A DNA stretch of 64,000 bases from Thermoanaerobaculia bacterium (GTDB taxonomy: Bacteria > Acidobacteriota > Thermoanaerobaculia > Multivoradales > Multivoraceae), in the NCBI GenBank assembly GCA_963666565.1, contig OY762911.1:224001-288000 (forward strand), in the 5' to 3' direction. The translations under genes were made by a program, and so were the position numbers. The notes under the pieces were generated by a model. The model made no database searches. It was not told the origin of the DNA and worked only from the letters and a program-made list of their open reading frames with translations. Below, piece by piece: positions 1-23,540 of this stretch. Positions within the stretch are counted from its first letter, which is position 1, and each line of letters starts with the position of its first letter.

Positions 1-22
1 GTTTGAGTTTCTTGATCGCCAT
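1..22 (-). CDS. rplB: 50S ribosomal protein L2, N-terminal fragment (runs off window)
   Basis: ATG at 22 reads MAIKKLK; directly follows rplW in S10 operon order. Confidence 0.8.
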
Positions 23-34
23 TCTCGACTCTCG

Positions 35-322
35 CTACACGTTGTCGAAGAGATCGATCTGGCCTTCGGCCAGCCGGACGTAGGCCTTCTTCCAGTCGGG
101 CGTCCGGCCGACGAAGCGGCCGCGCCGGCGGACCTTGCCGTGCACGTTCGCGATCCGGACGTCGGCCACCTTGACGCCGGCGAACTGCGCCTCGACCGCC
201 TTCCGCACCTCGATCTTGTTGGCCCGGGAGTCGACCACGAAGGCGATGACGTTGCTCGAGTCCCTCAGTTCCGTCGACTTCTCGGTGATCAACGGCCGCC
301 GGATCACGTCCTGCATCCTCAT
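35..322 (-). CDS. rplW: 50S ribosomal protein L23
   Basis: MRMQDVIRRPLITEKS...WKKAYVRL; ATGA overlap with rplD stop. Confidence 0.97.
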   Translation of the reverse strand: MRMQDVIRRPLITEKSTELRDSSNVIAFVVDSRANKIEVRKAVEAQFAGVKVADVRIANVHGKVRRRGRFVGRTPDWKKAYVRLAEGQIDLFDNV

Positions 323-972
323 GATTCGCTCCCGTTCTCCCGCCCGCGCCGCTTGAGCACGGCGGCGAGGCGGCCGATCGCGTTCTCGCTGAACAGCAGG
401 TAGCCGCGGTCGACCACGTCGTAGACGTCGACCCCCATCGCGTCGACCGCCTTCAGCCGCGGGTGGTTGCGCGAGGCCAGCATCAGGTTCCGGTTGCCGC
501 GGTCGTCGACGATCAGCAACTTGCCCTCGATGCCCAGGCCTTCCAGCCGGGCCGCGAGGGCGCCCGTCTTGTGGCTGTCGAGTTCGAAGGAGTCGATCAC
601 CACGATCCGCTCCTCGAGCAGCTTCCTCGACAGCGCCGACTTGAGGGCGTTCCGCTTCTCGTTCCGGGACAGCCCGTTGCGATGGCTCCGGGGACGAGGT
701 CCGTGGACGACTCCGCCGCCCCGCCGGATCGGCGAGCGCCGGCTGCCGGCGCGGGCGCGGCCCGTGCCCTTCTGGCGGTGCGGCTTGGCCCCGGAGCCCC
801 GCACTTCGTGCCTGCCCTTGACCTTGTGGGATCCGGCGCGCCGCGCCGCCCGCAGGGCCACCACCGCCAGGTGGATCAGGTGCTCCTTGTAGGGGTAGCC
901 GAAGACCTCCTCCGGCAGGTCGACCTGGCCGACCGCCTCGTTGTCGAGATTCCTGACAGCAAGTTCCGGCAT
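319..972 (-). CDS. rplD: 50S ribosomal protein L4
   Basis: KPHRQKGTGRARAGS, RGGGVVHGPRPR motifs; start MPELAVRN at 972. Confidence 0.97.
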   Translation of the reverse strand: MPELAVRNLDNEAVGQVDLPEEVFGYPYKEHLIHLAVVALRAARRAGSHKVKGRHEVRGSGAKPHRQKGTGRARAGSRRSPIRRGGGVVHGPRPRSHRNGLSRNEKRNALKSALSRKLLEERIVVIDSFELDSHKTGALAARLEGLGIEGKLLIVDDRGNRNLMLASRNHPRLKAVDAMGVDVYDVVDRGYLLFSENAIGRLAAVLKRRGRENGSES

Positions 973-1616
973 CAGACCGAACTCCGAACCATGACCAGAC
1001 CGCTGCGCGCGCCCGGGACCGCGCCGCGCAGGTAGAGCAGGCGGTTCTCGGCATCCACCTTGACCACGACGAGCTTCTTCGTCGTGATCCGCTTGCCGCC
1101 CATCCGGCCGGGGAACCGCATGCCCGGGAACACGCGGGAAGGACTCGCGGACTGCCCGACCGAGCCGGGAGCGCGATGGAACATCGAACCGTGGGTGGCG
1201 CGGCCGCCGCCGAAGCCGTGCCGGCGCATTACGCCCTGGAATCCCTTGCCCTTGCCCGTGCCGACGACGTCGACCCGGGAACCGACCTCGAAGATCGAAA
1301 CCTCGATCTCGTCGCCCGGCTGCGACTCGTCCGCGGCGTCGACCCGCACCTCGGCCAGGTGGCGCATCGGGTCGACCCCGGCCTTCCGGAAGTGGCCCCG
1401 CCGCGGCTCGGTGATCCGCTTCGGCGGCTTCTTCTCGACCAGGCCGATCTGCACCGCCTCGTACCCGTCGGACGCTTCCGTCTTGCGCTGCACGACCCGG
1501 CACGGACCGACCTCGAGCACCGTGACCGGCACCGCGGCGCCGTCCTCGGCGTAGATCTGCGTCATGCCGATCTTGCGACCCAGCAGTCCCTTCGACTGGC
1601 CCCTGTTACCGCTCAC
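972..1616 (-). CDS. rplC: 50S ribosomal protein L3
   Basis: GLLGRKIGMTQ, GKGFQGVMRRHGF, HRAPGS; GTG start inferred. Confidence 0.96.
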   Translation of the reverse strand: MSGNRGQSKGLLGRKIGMTQIYAEDGAAVPVTVLEVGPCRVVQRKTEASDGYEAVQIGLVEKKPPKRITEPRRGHFRKAGVDPMRHLAEVRVDAADESQPGDEIEVSIFEVGSRVDVVGTGKGKGFQGVMRRHGFGGGRATHGSMFHRAPGSVGQSASPSRVFPGMRFPGRMGGKRITTKKLVVVKVDAENRLLYLRGAVPGARSGLVMVRSSV

Positions 1617-1648
1617 CGCCGTTCTCCCTGAAATTCCCTTGGGCCGAC

Positions 1649-1963
<315 letters not shown>

Positions 1964-2014
1964 CGTTCCCTCGAATCCCAACTTCCCTCGATCGCTCGGC
2001 GCACCCCGGACCGT

Positions 2015-3208
<1,194 letters not shown>

Positions 3209-3287
3209 GAGGTTGCTCCTGCTATCTCGCTCTGATCCTTGAGGTGTCTCGGTTACAAAAAGGGGCTTGGTTCTTCTGCGGAGGCGG

Positions 3288-5384
<2,097 letters not shown>

Positions 5385-5569
5385 GGCGGCGATTCGAACG
5401 GTTGGCAGAAAGAGCAGGTTTGACGGACGGATTCGTGACGATTTTCTGAAGGGGTTCAATGCGGGAGTCGCCGCCTTGCGGGAAGGCGGCGACGCAACGG
5501 GACGGGCCGTGGACGACCGGCGGCCGGAAACGCGATCGGGACCCCCGCGGGGCGGACCCGAGCCGTTCG

Positions 5570-6043
5570 CTACCAGCGGTAGTGGGAGAAAGCCCTGTTC
5601 GCTTCTGCCATCCGGTGGGTGTCCTCTTTCCTCTTGATCGCGACTCCGCGGTTCTCGGCGGCGTCCAGCAACTCGCCGGCCAACCGCAGTCTCATCGTCT
5701 TCTCGCCCCGCCCCTTCGCCGCCTGGATCAGCCAGCGCATGGCCAGCGCGAGCTTGCGCGCGGGCCGCACCTCGATCGGGACCTGGTACGTCGAGCCGCC
5801 GACCCGGCGCGACTTGACCTCCACCGCCGGCTTCACGTTGTCGATCGCCTTCTGGAAGACCGCTACCGGATCCTCCTCCCCCGTCCGCTCCCCGATCGTC
5901 GCCAGGGCGTCGTAGAGGATGCGTTCGGCGACGGACTTCTTGCCGTCCTTCATCAGGACGTTGACGAACTTGCTGACCAACTGGGAGTGGTACAGCGGAT
6001 CGGGCAGGATCTGGCGCTTCGGGACTTCGCGGCGTCGGGGCAT
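5570..6043 (-). CDS. rpsG: 30S ribosomal protein S7
   Basis: [31 protein letters not shown]. Confidence 0.99.
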   Translation of the reverse strand: MPRRREVPKRQILPDPLYHSQLVSKFVNVLMKDGKKSVAERILYDALATIGERTGEEDPVAVFQKAIDNVKPAVEVKSRRVGGSTYQVPIEVRPARKLALAMRWLIQAAKGRGEKTMRLRLAGELLDAAENRGVAIKRKEDTHRMAEANRAFSHYRW

Positions 6044-6059
6044 GAGGAGGCTCCGTCGA

Positions 6060-6434
6060 TCAGGCCTTGGGGCGCTTGGCGCCGTACTTGGAGCGCCCGC
6101 GTCGACGATCGTCGACGCCGACCGCGTCCAGCGTGCCGCGAATGACGTGGTAGCGGACGCCGGGCAGGTCCTTCACCCGGCCGCCGCGAATGAGCACGAT
6201 GGAGTGCTCCTGGAGGTTGTGGCCGACGCCCGGAATGTAGGTCGTGACCTCGATGCCGTTCGTCAGGCGCACCCGCGCCACCTTGCGCAACGCCGAGTTC
6301 GGCTTCTTGGGCGTCTGGGTGTAGACGCGAACGCACACGCCCCGCCGCTGCGGCGAGGCCTGGAGCGCCGGACTCTTGGTCTTCGCGACCTGGCGTCGGC
6401 GGCCCTTTCGGACCAGTTGGCGGATGGTGGGCAT
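6060..6434 (-). CDS. rpsL: 30S ribosomal protein S12
   Basis: [30 protein letters not shown]. Confidence 0.99.
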   Translation of the reverse strand: MPTIRQLVRKGRRRQVAKTKSPALQASPQRRGVCVRVYTQTPKKPNSALRKVARVRLTNGIEVTTYIPGVGHNLQEHSIVLIRGGRVKDLPGVRYHVIRGTLDAVGVDDRRRGRSKYGAKRPKA

Positions 6435-6736
6435 GGGGTGCTCTCGCTCCAGCGGGACTCTCTTGCGTGTGCCGGGAACCCGGCGATGTCGGCGACCGGC
6501 GCCGCGAACGGAGCGGGCCGAACCGAGCCGACCCGGACCAACCCGAGGCGGCCGAAACGAGCAGGCCGGTCGACCGCGGGCGCCGTAACGGACCGCGCGC
6601 GGCACCGGGCGACCGCCCGGTTCGGAGCCTGACTCGCTGAGTGAAGTTGGGATTGTCTCTCGGCTCGCTCCGCGCGAGCCGCACAAGGGCGCGAACGTTA
6701 GCAGAAAGCGGAGATCCGGGGCAACCCCGAAAGCTC

Positions 6737-10942
<4,206 letters not shown>

Positions 10943-10953
10943 CGCGCGACCTC

Positions 10954-15231
<4,278 letters not shown>

Positions 15232-15499
15232 GCTTCGATGTCCTCTACGTCGGTTCCTCTGCTACGAGGGGAGTGAGGGGAGAGTGGGGCGGTGTTGCGG
15301 GGTGGGCGGCGCCGGGGAAAGGTCCGCGAACTCCCCCGCACTCCGCCGCTGGAGCGGACGGGGACGAGGGAGCGCTGCGGCGAGGGAGCAACCACACGAA
15401 TGCCGGCCCGGCGCCGGCCTCGGCGGGCGCCGGGGCGCCGGGTCGAGAATGGCCGGCCCGATTCCAAGCCGCCCACGGATTGGATCGTCAGCCGAAATG

Positions 15500-15877
15500 T
15501 TACTTGACCTCGGCCTGACCGCCGGCCTCCTCCAGTTTCCCCTTGACCTCTTCGGCCTCTTCCTTCGAAACGCCCTCCTTGACCGCGACCGGCGCCGACT
15601 CGACCAGGTCCTTGGCCTCCTTCAGGCCCAGGCTGGTGACCTCGCGCACGACCTTGATCACGGCGATCTTCTTGTCCCCGAAGGAGGTCAACTGGACGTC
15701 GAACTCCGTCTGCTCTTCCGCTTCCTGGACCTCGCCGGCGCCCGCGGCCGCCATCGGGACCGCGGCCGCCGCCGCCGACACGCCGTAGTGCTCTTCGAGC
15801 TCCTTGACGAGCGTGTTCAGCTCCAGGACGGTCATCTCGTCGATCTGCTTGATCAGATCCGCTGCTGCTACTGCCAT
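15500..15877 (-). CDS. rplL: 50S ribosomal protein L7/L12
   Basis: [28 protein letters not shown]. Confidence 0.98.
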   Translation of the reverse strand: MAVAAADLIKQIDEMTVLELNTLVKELEEHYGVSAAAAAVPMAAAGAGEVQEAEEQTEFDVQLTSFGDKKIAVIKVVREVTSLGLKEAKDLVESAPVAVKEGVSKEEAEEVKGKLEEAGGQAEVK

Positions 15878-15949
15878 CTTCTTGGCTCCCCTTGCGGTTA
15901 ACCGGCGCCGGCTCGGCGCCGCGCTTCCAACCTTCCTGACAGGGCCGAA

Positions 15950-16477
15950 TCAGCCCTCTTCCTTCTGACTTGCAACCTGGTTCAGTGCCCGCAGGAACTG
16001 CGGCGTGACGTCTCCGAGGCCCCGCACCAGCCGCACGACCGGCGACTGGAGCAGGAACAGGAGCTTCGCCACCAGCGCCTCCCGGCTGGGCAGACTCGCG
16101 ATTTCCTGGATCGCCTCGGCCGACACCCGCTGGCCGTCGACCAGGCCGGCCTTGAACTCGAGGACCGGCACGTCGTCCGCGAACTCGGTCAGCGTCTTGG
16201 CCAGCCCCACGGGATCGTCGTCGCTCCAGGCGATCGCGGTCGGCCCGACGAGGTGGTCCGACAGGACGCCCAGGCCGCTGTCCTCGAACGCGAGCCTGGC
16301 GATCCGGTTCTTCACCACCGAGTACCTGCCGCCCGCCGTCCGCACCCGGCGCCGCAGGTCGTCGACCTGCCCGACCGTGATGCCGGAGAAGCCCACCAGG
16401 AACGCGTGCGGCGCGGCCGCCATGTCGCTCCGGTAGCCGGCCAGCAGTTCGGCCTTCGTCTCTCGCGTCAACGCCAT
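15950..16477 (-). CDS. rplJ: 50S ribosomal protein L10
   Basis: VVKNRIARLA, LPSREALVAKLL; lies between rplA and rplL. Confidence 0.96.
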   Translation of the reverse strand: MALTRETKAELLAGYRSDMAAAPHAFLVGFSGITVGQVDDLRRRVRTAGGRYSVVKNRIARLAFEDSGLGVLSDHLVGPTAIAWSDDDPVGLAKTLTEFADDVPVLEFKAGLVDGQRVSAEAIQEIASLPSREALVAKLLFLLQSPVVRLVRGLGDVTPQFLRALNQVASQKEEG

Positions 16478-16510
16478 CTCTCTCGACCTCCTCGTGACCG
16501 GCCGGGCAGG

Positions 16511-17215
16511 CTACGCGGCCTCGACCGCGGCGGCTTCGGCCGCGTCGACCCGCACGCCCGGACCCATCGTCGAACTCAGACTGACGGAACGCACGTAGGC
16601 GCCCTTGGTGGCGCTCGGGCGCGCGCGCATGATCTCGGAGAGCAGCGCCGTCGCGTTCTCCACCAGCCTCTCCGTGTCGAACGAGACCTTGCCGAGCGGG
16701 GCGTGGACGACGCCGGCCTTGTCCACGCGGAAGTTGACCTTGCCCGCCTTGATGTCCTCGATCGCCTTCGTCACGTCGGGAGTGACCGTGCCGGTCTTCG
16801 GGTTCGGCATCAGGCCGCGCGGCCCGAGGACGCGACCGAGGCGGCCGACGACCCGCATCATGTCCGGGGTCGCCACCACGGCGTCGAAGTCGAGCCAGCC
16901 GTCCTGGATCCGGGCCGCGAGTTCCTCGCCGCCGACGTGATCGGCGCCCGCCGCTTCGGCTTCCTGCAGCTTCTCGCCCGAGGCGAACACGAGCACCCGG
17001 ACCGTGCGGCCGGTGCCATGGGGCAGCACGACCGTGCCGCGGACCATCTGGTCCGCGTGCCGGGGATTGACTCCCAGCCGGATCGCGATCTCGACCGTTT
17101 CGTCGAACTTCGCGAAACTGCCGTTCCTGACCCGCTCCAGCGCCTCCTGAAGCCCGTGCTGACGGTCTTCCACGAGGGCGTCCGCTTCCCTGTACTTCCT
17201 GCCTCGAATGGCCAC
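16511..17215 (-). CDS. rplA: 50S ribosomal protein L1
   Basis: [27 protein letters not shown]. Confidence 0.98.
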   Translation of the reverse strand: MAIRGRKYREADALVEDRQHGLQEALERVRNGSFAKFDETVEIAIRLGVNPRHADQMVRGTVVLPHGTGRTVRVLVFASGEKLQEAEAAGADHVGGEELAARIQDGWLDFDAVVATPDMMRVVGRLGRVLGPRGLMPNPKTGTVTPDVTKAIEDIKAGKVNFRVDKAGVVHAPLGKVSFDTERLVENATALLSEIMRARPSATKGAYVRSVSLSSTMGPGVRVDAAEAAAVEAA

Positions 17216-17260
17216 GCGCGTTTCTCCCTTGACTCCCGGTTCCCGGCGCCTTCCGCGCCG

Positions 17261-17701
17261 TCAGGCGACGATCTCCAGGCCCATCGAACGGGCGGTGCCG
17301 GCGATGATCCGGCAGGCGCCCTCCAGGTCGACGGCGTTCAGATCGGGCATCTTCGTCCGGGCGATCTCCTCGAGCTGCGACCGGGTCACCTGGCCGACCT
17401 TGTCCCGGTTCGGCTCGGAAGACCCCTTGTCCCTGGCCGCGGCCTTGAGCAGCAGAACGGCGGCCGGGGGCGTCTTCGTGATGAACGTGTAGGTGCGGTC
17501 CGCGTACACCGTGATCACCACCGGGATGATCAGGCCGGCCTCGTCCTGGGTCCTGGCGTTGAACGCCTTGCAGAAGTCCATGATGTTGAGCCCCGCCTGG
17601 CCCAGCGCGGGCCCGACCGGGGGCGCCGGCGTAGCCCCGCCGGCGGGGATCTGCAGCTTGATCTGCCCCGCCACTCTCTTGCCTGTCGTTCTCGGCGCCA
17701 T
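17261..17701 (-). CDS. rplK: 50S ribosomal protein L11
   Basis: [22 protein letters not shown]. Confidence 0.98.
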   Translation of the reverse strand: MAPRTTGKRVAGQIKLQIPAGGATPAPPVGPALGQAGLNIMDFCKAFNARTQDEAGLIIPVVITVYADRTYTFITKTPPAAVLLLKAAARDKGSSEPNRDKVGQVTRSQLEEIARTKMPDLNAVDLEGACRIIAGTARSMGLEIVA

Positions 17702-17773
17702 CGATCGCTACCTGCCTGTCTCTTCGTCCCGAAACCCGTTCAAGGCTTCCCGTTCCACTCCAGACGCGCTCCC

Positions 17774-18442
17774 TCAGGTCTTCTGGACCTGCAGGAACTC
17801 CAGTTCCACCGGCGTCTGCCGGCCGAAGATGGTGACCATCACCTTGAGCGTGCTCCGGTCGAGGTTGATCTCCTCCACCGTGCCCGTGAAGTTGTTGAAG
17901 GGACCGTCCACGATCTTCACCAGCTCGCCCTTCTCGAACAGGTACTTCGGCTTCGGCTTCTCCTTGGCGGTGACCACCTTCTCGATGATCGCGTCGACCT
18001 CGTCCTGGGCGAGTGGCGTCGGCTCGTTGCCGGTGCCGACGAAGCCGGTCACCTTGGGCGTGTTCTTGACCACGTGCCATGCCTTGTCCGAGATCTTCAG
18101 CCGCCCGTCGGCGCGCGGTTCGCACTCGATCTCCACCAGGATGTAGCCGGGGAAGAACTTGCGCTGGGTCTCCCGCTTCTTGCCGCCCTTCAGTTCGACG
18201 ATCGTCTCCGTCGGGATGCGCACCTCGCCGAACGCGCGGCCCATGTCGTGCGCCTCGGCGCGCTGCCGCAGCGTCTCGCGGACCCGCTCCTCGTACCCCG
18301 AGTAGGTGTGGACGATGTACCACTGGCGGCGCGGCCCGGATTCCTCCTCCGCAACGCCAGCCTCTCCGGCGACGCCTTCCGCGGCCTCGACGCCGTCCAC
18401 GGCCTCGACGCTGTCCGCGGCCACTGCTTCGACTTCGCTCAT
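17774..18442 (-). CDS. nusG: Transcription termination/antitermination factor NusG, with acidic N-terminal extension
   Basis: WYIVHTYSGYE, FFPGYILVE, KOW motif DGPFNNFTG, IFGRQTPVEL. Confidence 0.98.
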   Translation of the reverse strand: MSEVEAVAADSVEAVDGVEAAEGVAGEAGVAEEESGPRRQWYIVHTYSGYEERVRETLRQRAEAHDMGRAFGEVRIPTETIVELKGGKKRETQRKFFPGYILVEIECEPRADGRLKISDKAWHVVKNTPKVTGFVGTGNEPTPLAQDEVDAIIEKVVTAKEKPKPKYLFEKGELVKIVDGPFNNFTGTVEEINLDRSTLKVMVTIFGRQTPVELEFLQVQKT

Positions 18443-18473
18443 CGCGTACTCCCCGCCTCGCTCCGGTCCACGC

Positions 18474-18680
18474 TCACGGCCCGAGGAGAAACTCGTTGAG
18501 ACCGTTGTAGAGCCGGAGGATGACGACGTCGGCGATCCACAGGAAGATGGCGAAGATGACGCTCGTGATCAGCACCACGCCCGTGGTGCCCACGACCTCC
18601 TCCCGCGAAGGGAAGGTCACCTTCTTCATCTCGGTGCGCACTTCGCCCAGGAAGACTCCGAGCCTGCCGATACTCGCCAT
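18474..18680 (-). CDS. secE: Preprotein translocase subunit SecE
   Basis: EVRTEMKKVTFPSREE followed by one TM helix; upstream of nusG. Confidence 0.95.
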   Translation of the reverse strand: MASIGRLGVFLGEVRTEMKKVTFPSREEVVGTTGVVLITSVIFAIFLWIADVVILRLYNGLNEFLLGP

Positions 18681-18782
18681 CTGCGTTTCTCCCGCTCCCC
18701 TTCTCCCGTTTCCCGAATCCGGTCCGCCGTCTCGTCCGGACGCCCCGCCCGTCTTGCCGCCTGCATCGTCCGAAGGAAGGTC

Positions 18783-18858
18783 TGGCAGGCCAGGAGGGTC
18801 TCGAACCCCCAACCTTCGGTTTTGGAGACCGATGCTCTACCAATTGAGCTACTGGCCT
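18783..18858 (-). tRNA. trnW: tRNA-Trp (CCA)
   Basis: AGGCCAG acceptor stem, anticodon loop CTCCAAA, GGTTCGA T-loop, encoded CCA end. Confidence 0.97.
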
Positions 18859-18886
18859 GAATCTCCTGAATCGAGCCCCGGACCGC

Positions 18887-20080
<1,194 letters not shown>

Positions 20081-20149
20081 GACGCTGTTCGCCTCTCCCG
20101 CTCAAGCGGCTCGACTGTCCGTATTGGTGTTCTGCCTCGATCGCCTGTC

Positions 20150-20224
20150 TGGAGCCCACGACCGGATTTGAACCGGTGACCCCTTCCTTACCAAGGAAGT
20201 GCTCTACCCCTGAGCCACGTGGGC
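20150..20224 (-). tRNA. trnT: tRNA-Thr (GGT)
   Basis: GCCCACG acceptor stem, CTTCC-TTGGTAA-GGAAG anticodon arm, CCA end. Confidence 0.97.
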
Positions 20225-20364
20225 AGCCGTCTCAGGTTTCCCCGCCGTCAAGTCTCTTGTGTGTTCCGGGACCCCCGTTTCCGCTCCCCGGGTCGATCCT
20301 CGACACGCAATGCGACCCGCACCTCGGAGTCGGACTCCAGCGGTGCTCCGCGGGGAAGGGGCGG

Positions 20365-20393
20365 AGTCTAGCCGCTTCCGCGCCAGTCGTAAA
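20365..20393 (-). promoter_or_regulatory. Putative sigma70 promoter for the tRNA-Thr-tuf transcript
   Basis: TTTACG-17 nt-TAGACT on minus strand followed by GC-rich bases. Confidence 0.55.
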
Positions 20394-20423
20394 CCCCCCA
20401 AACGGACTACTACGCCCGGCCGC

Positions 20424-21080
20424 CTACTTCGTCCGATGGCGGACGACCTCGCCCTCGACCAGAAAGACGACGTCCTCGGCGATGTTCGTGGCGAGATCCG
20501 CCATCCGCTCGAGGTAGCGGGAGATCGACAGGAACTGGATGCACACGCCCGCCGGCGCCCGCTTCTCCTCGATCATCGCGGCGACCACGCCGTACATCGC
20601 CTCGTGGCAACGGTCGACGACGTCGTCCTCGGCGATCACCGAGCGGGCGAGTTCCGTGTCGCCGCCGACCACCGCGTCGAGAGCGCGGCGCAGCATCTTC
20701 GGGATGCGCTCGGCCATGGCCCAGATCTCGTCCGGCGCGTCCACAGGTTCGGCCACCGCCAGGCTCTCGGCGCGCTCCGCCAGGTTGTGGGCCAGGTCGC
20801 CGGCCCGCTCCAGGTCGTTGTTCACCTTCAGGAACGTGACGACCTGCCTCAGATCGGCGGCCACCGGCGAGTGCAGCGCCAGGATCTTGAGGCACTCCTC
20901 CTCGACCTCGATCTCGCGCGCGTCGATCTCCCGATCCTGGCGCCGAACTTCGTGAGCCAGGTCGACGCTGCGCTCCCTGAGCGCCTGGAGCGACTTCGCG
21001 ATCATGTCCTCGACCATCGACGCGACGGCAAGAACCGCGCGCGTCACTTCGTCGAGATCGCGTTGCAGGTGAATCCGCAA
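20424..21080 (-). CDS. phoU: Phosphate signalling complex protein PhoU
   Basis: Two PhoU repeats (DLERAGDLAHNLAE; YLERMADLATNIAE); TTG start. Confidence 0.96.
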   Translation of the reverse strand: MRIHLQRDLDEVTRAVLAVASMVEDMIAKSLQALRERSVDLAHEVRRQDREIDAREIEVEEECLKILALHSPVAADLRQVVTFLKVNNDLERAGDLAHNLAERAESLAVAEPVDAPDEIWAMAERIPKMLRRALDAVVGGDTELARSVIAEDDVVDRCHEAMYGVVAAMIEEKRAPAGVCIQFLSISRYLERMADLATNIAEDVVFLVEGEVVRHRTK

Positions 21081-21136
21081 GAGAAGATCCTAGCGGCTGC
21101 CGAGCGGCGGCGCGACCGGGAATCTCGCCCAGCAGC

Positions 21137-21153
21137 ATGAAGAGAACGTGAAG
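21137..21153 (-). promoter_or_regulatory. Pho-box-like direct repeat upstream of phoU
   Basis: CTTCAC-N5-CTTCAT, 11-bp period, minus strand. Confidence 0.6.
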
Positions 21154-21158
21154 CAGGA

Positions 21159-22580
21159 TCAGAACCGCCGCCGCGCCGCGCTCCGCGCCGCGGCGTCGCG
21201 CGCCGCCGGCAGCCAGAAGCGGAACGTCGAGCCGCGGCCCCGTTCGCTCTCCACCTCGACGCCGCCGCCGTGCCGCTGGACGACGTTCTTGACGATGGAG
21301 AGCCCGAGCCCGGTGCCGCCCAGCTCCCGCGAGCGGCCCCGGTCGACGCGATAGAAGCGCTCGAAGATCCGGTCCAGGTGTTCGGCGGCGATTCCCGGCC
21401 CCTCGTCCTCGACCTCGAGGACCGCCCGCCCGTTCTCCGCCTGCAGGCGAACCAGGACCTGCCCGCCCGCCGCCGAGTACTTGACCGCGTTGTCGACCAG
21501 GTTGGACAGCGCCTGCCGGAGCGCTTCCTCCTCGCCCTGGACGTTGACCGGCGCCTCGGGACACTCGGCCACCAGTTCGAGCCCCCGCGCCTCGCCCGAG
21601 GGCCGGAGCAGACCCAGCACCTCGTCCACCTGCTCCCGCAGGTCGACGAGGTTCTCCGGCCGTTCCGCCGAGGACTCGATCCGCGACAGGGTCAGCAGGT
21701 CGGAGACCAGGGCGCCGAGGCGGCTGCTCTGCTTGCGGATCTTGCGGAGGAAGCGGCGCCGGGTGCCGGCGTCCATCTCCCCCGGCTCGAGCAGGGTCTC
21801 GACGTAGCCGTGGATCGCCGTGAGCGGCGTCTTCAGTTCGTGCGAGACGTTCGACACGAAATCGCGGCGCATTCCCTCCAGCCTCTCCAGCTCGGAGGTT
21901 TCGTGGATCACCGCGACCGCGCCCTCGACCAGCTCGCCGCCATCGCTCGCCGCGAGCAGGGGCGACGCGTTCAGATCGAACCTCCGCTGGTCGGCATCCG
22001 GCCCGGCGGCGCCCCCGAACCCGAAGGAGCGGCTCACGCGGCGGCGCTTCTCCATCGCCTCGATCAGCGCGCCGGACAGTTCGGGCTGGCGCGACAGCTC
22101 GTAGACGGGACGGCCGACCGCCGACTCCGGCGCCGATCGCCCGAACCACTCCGCGGCGACAGCGTTCAGGTGCAGCACCTGCCGGTCGAGGTCGACCGCC
22201 ACCACTCCCTCCACCATGCCGCCGAGCACCGCGGTCAACTGGTTGCGGTCGGCTCTTAGCTGCTCGAGCTGTTGGGCGAATCGCGTCCGGCCCGCATCGA
22301 GACGCGCCTCCAGCCGCGCCAGTTCGTCCCCGCGGCCCGAGTCGCGTTCGGCCCCGGCCGGTTCGGCCCCGACCAGTCCGGCCGCCTTGTCCGCCAATCG
22401 CCCGGCGCGTTCCGCCATCCGGCGCGAGCCGATCCAGACAGCGGCAACCGCGGCGACGACCGGGATTGCCGCCGCCGCGGCGCCAAGCCGGCCCGAGGCC
22501 ACGACGCCGCCGAGCAGGAGCCCCGCCGCGAGCAGGCCGGCCCCGCCAAGAGCGAGTCTCCAGAAGAGGGGTGAGCGCAT
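21159..22580 (-). CDS. phoR: Phosphate regulon sensor histidine kinase (TM, PAS, HisKA, HATPase)
   Basis: FVSNVSHELKTPLT, NLVDNAVKY, RFYRVDRGRSRELGGTGLGL; abuts phoB. Confidence 0.93.
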   Translation of the reverse strand: MRSPLFWRLALGGAGLLAAGLLLGGVVASGRLGAAAAAIPVVAAVAAVWIGSRRMAERAGRLADKAAGLVGAEPAGAERDSGRGDELARLEARLDAGRTRFAQQLEQLRADRNQLTAVLGGMVEGVVAVDLDRQVLHLNAVAAEWFGRSAPESAVGRPVYELSRQPELSGALIEAMEKRRRVSRSFGFGGAAGPDADQRRFDLNASPLLAASDGGELVEGAVAVIHETSELERLEGMRRDFVSNVSHELKTPLTAIHGYVETLLEPGEMDAGTRRRFLRKIRKQSSRLGALVSDLLTLSRIESSAERPENLVDLREQVDEVLGLLRPSGEARGLELVAECPEAPVNVQGEEEALRQALSNLVDNAVKYSAAGGQVLVRLQAENGRAVLEVEDEGPGIAAEHLDRIFERFYRVDRGRSRELGGTGLGLSIVKNVVQRHGGGVEVESERGRGSTFRFWLPAARDAAARSAARRRF

Positions 22581-23290
22581 CACGGCGCAAGCTCCCGGTC
22601 TCCGTCCTCCTCGAAACGGTATCCGATCCCGCGCACCGTCTCGATCAGGTCGCGGTGCGTCCCGAGCTTCTTCCGCACCGCCCGGACGTGGACGTCGATG
22701 TTCCGGTCGATGACCACCGCGCGGTCGCCGATCGCCCGGTCCACCAGTTGGCCGCGGGTGAACACGCGGCCCGGATGCGAGGCCAGGAAGTGCAGCAGGC
22801 GGAACTCGGTGGGCGTGAACTCCAGGCGACGGCCCTCCACCTCGATCCGGTGCTTCACCGGGTTGATCGCGAGCGGGCCCCGGACGATCTTCCGCTCCGG
22901 ATTGCGCTCCTGCATGCGGCCTCGCCGCAGGACCGCCCGTATGCGCGCGATCAGCTCCCTGGGGCTGAACGGCTTGTGGATGTAGTCGTCCGCGCCGACG
23001 CCGAGACCGAGCACCACGTCGCTCTCTTCGCCTCGGGCGGTCACCATGATGACGGGCAGGTCGCGCGTCGAGTCGACCGACCGCAGGCGGCGGCAGACGT
23101 CCAGGCCGTCCAGGCCGGGCAGCAGCAGATCCAGGAGCACGACGTCCGGCCGCTCGCGCCCGATCACGGACAGGCCGCTTCGACCGCTGGTCGCCGTCGC
23201 CACCTCGAAGCCCTCGCGCCGGAGGTTGTACTCGATCAGCTCGAGGATGTCCGGCTCGTCCTCGATGACGACGACCTTCGTGGCGCTCAT
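22580..23290 (-). CDS. phoB: OmpR-family response regulator PhoB/PhoP
   Basis: IEDE, LLDLLLPGLDG, GADDYIHKPFS, IETVRGIGY; in operon with phoR and phoU. Confidence 0.92.
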   Translation of the reverse strand: MSATKVVVIEDEPDILELIEYNLRREGFEVATATSGRSGLSVIGRERPDVVLLDLLLPGLDGLDVCRRLRSVDSTRDLPVIMVTARGEESDVVLGLGVGADDYIHKPFSPRELIARIRAVLRRGRMQERNPERKIVRGPLAINPVKHRIEVEGRRLEFTPTEFRLLHFLASHPGRVFTRGQLVDRAIGDRAVVIDRNIDVHVRAVRKKLGTHRDLIETVRGIGYRFEEDGDRELAP

Positions 23291-23466
23291 GGCTCGTCCG
23301 GAACTCCCTGCACGTCAGCCCGAGCGTAGCGCGGCAGAAGGTCCAGGACCCGGGTGGCGCGGTCCGCGCCACCCGTGAACCAGTCCGTGCGCCCGTCATC
23401 GGGCACAAGGATGGCAGCCGGCGCTCCCGCTTGCGGCCCGGCCGCCGACGTCGCGGGCCGGACCTT

Positions 23467-23483
23467 CTTCATGTTCCCTTCAC
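23467..23483 (+). promoter_or_regulatory. Pho-box-like direct repeat upstream of porin gene
   Basis: CTTCAT-N5-CTTCAC, 11-bp period. Confidence 0.6.
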
Positions 23484-23540
23484 GCTTTCCTCGGAAGGTA
23501 CCGTGCATCGCCGCACCGCCATGAACTCCCAGGAGTGCAG

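Noticed and set aside
15232-15499. Structured leader or attenuator between rplL and rpoB
   Set aside because: Several GC-rich hairpins are possible but none matches a family I can recognise and there is no clear U-tract
20263-20290. CCCGTTTCCGCTCC as a distal att copy of the tRNA-Gly 3' end
   Set aside because: Short, gapped, GC-rich match in the wrong orientation for an attR, and no integrase in the window
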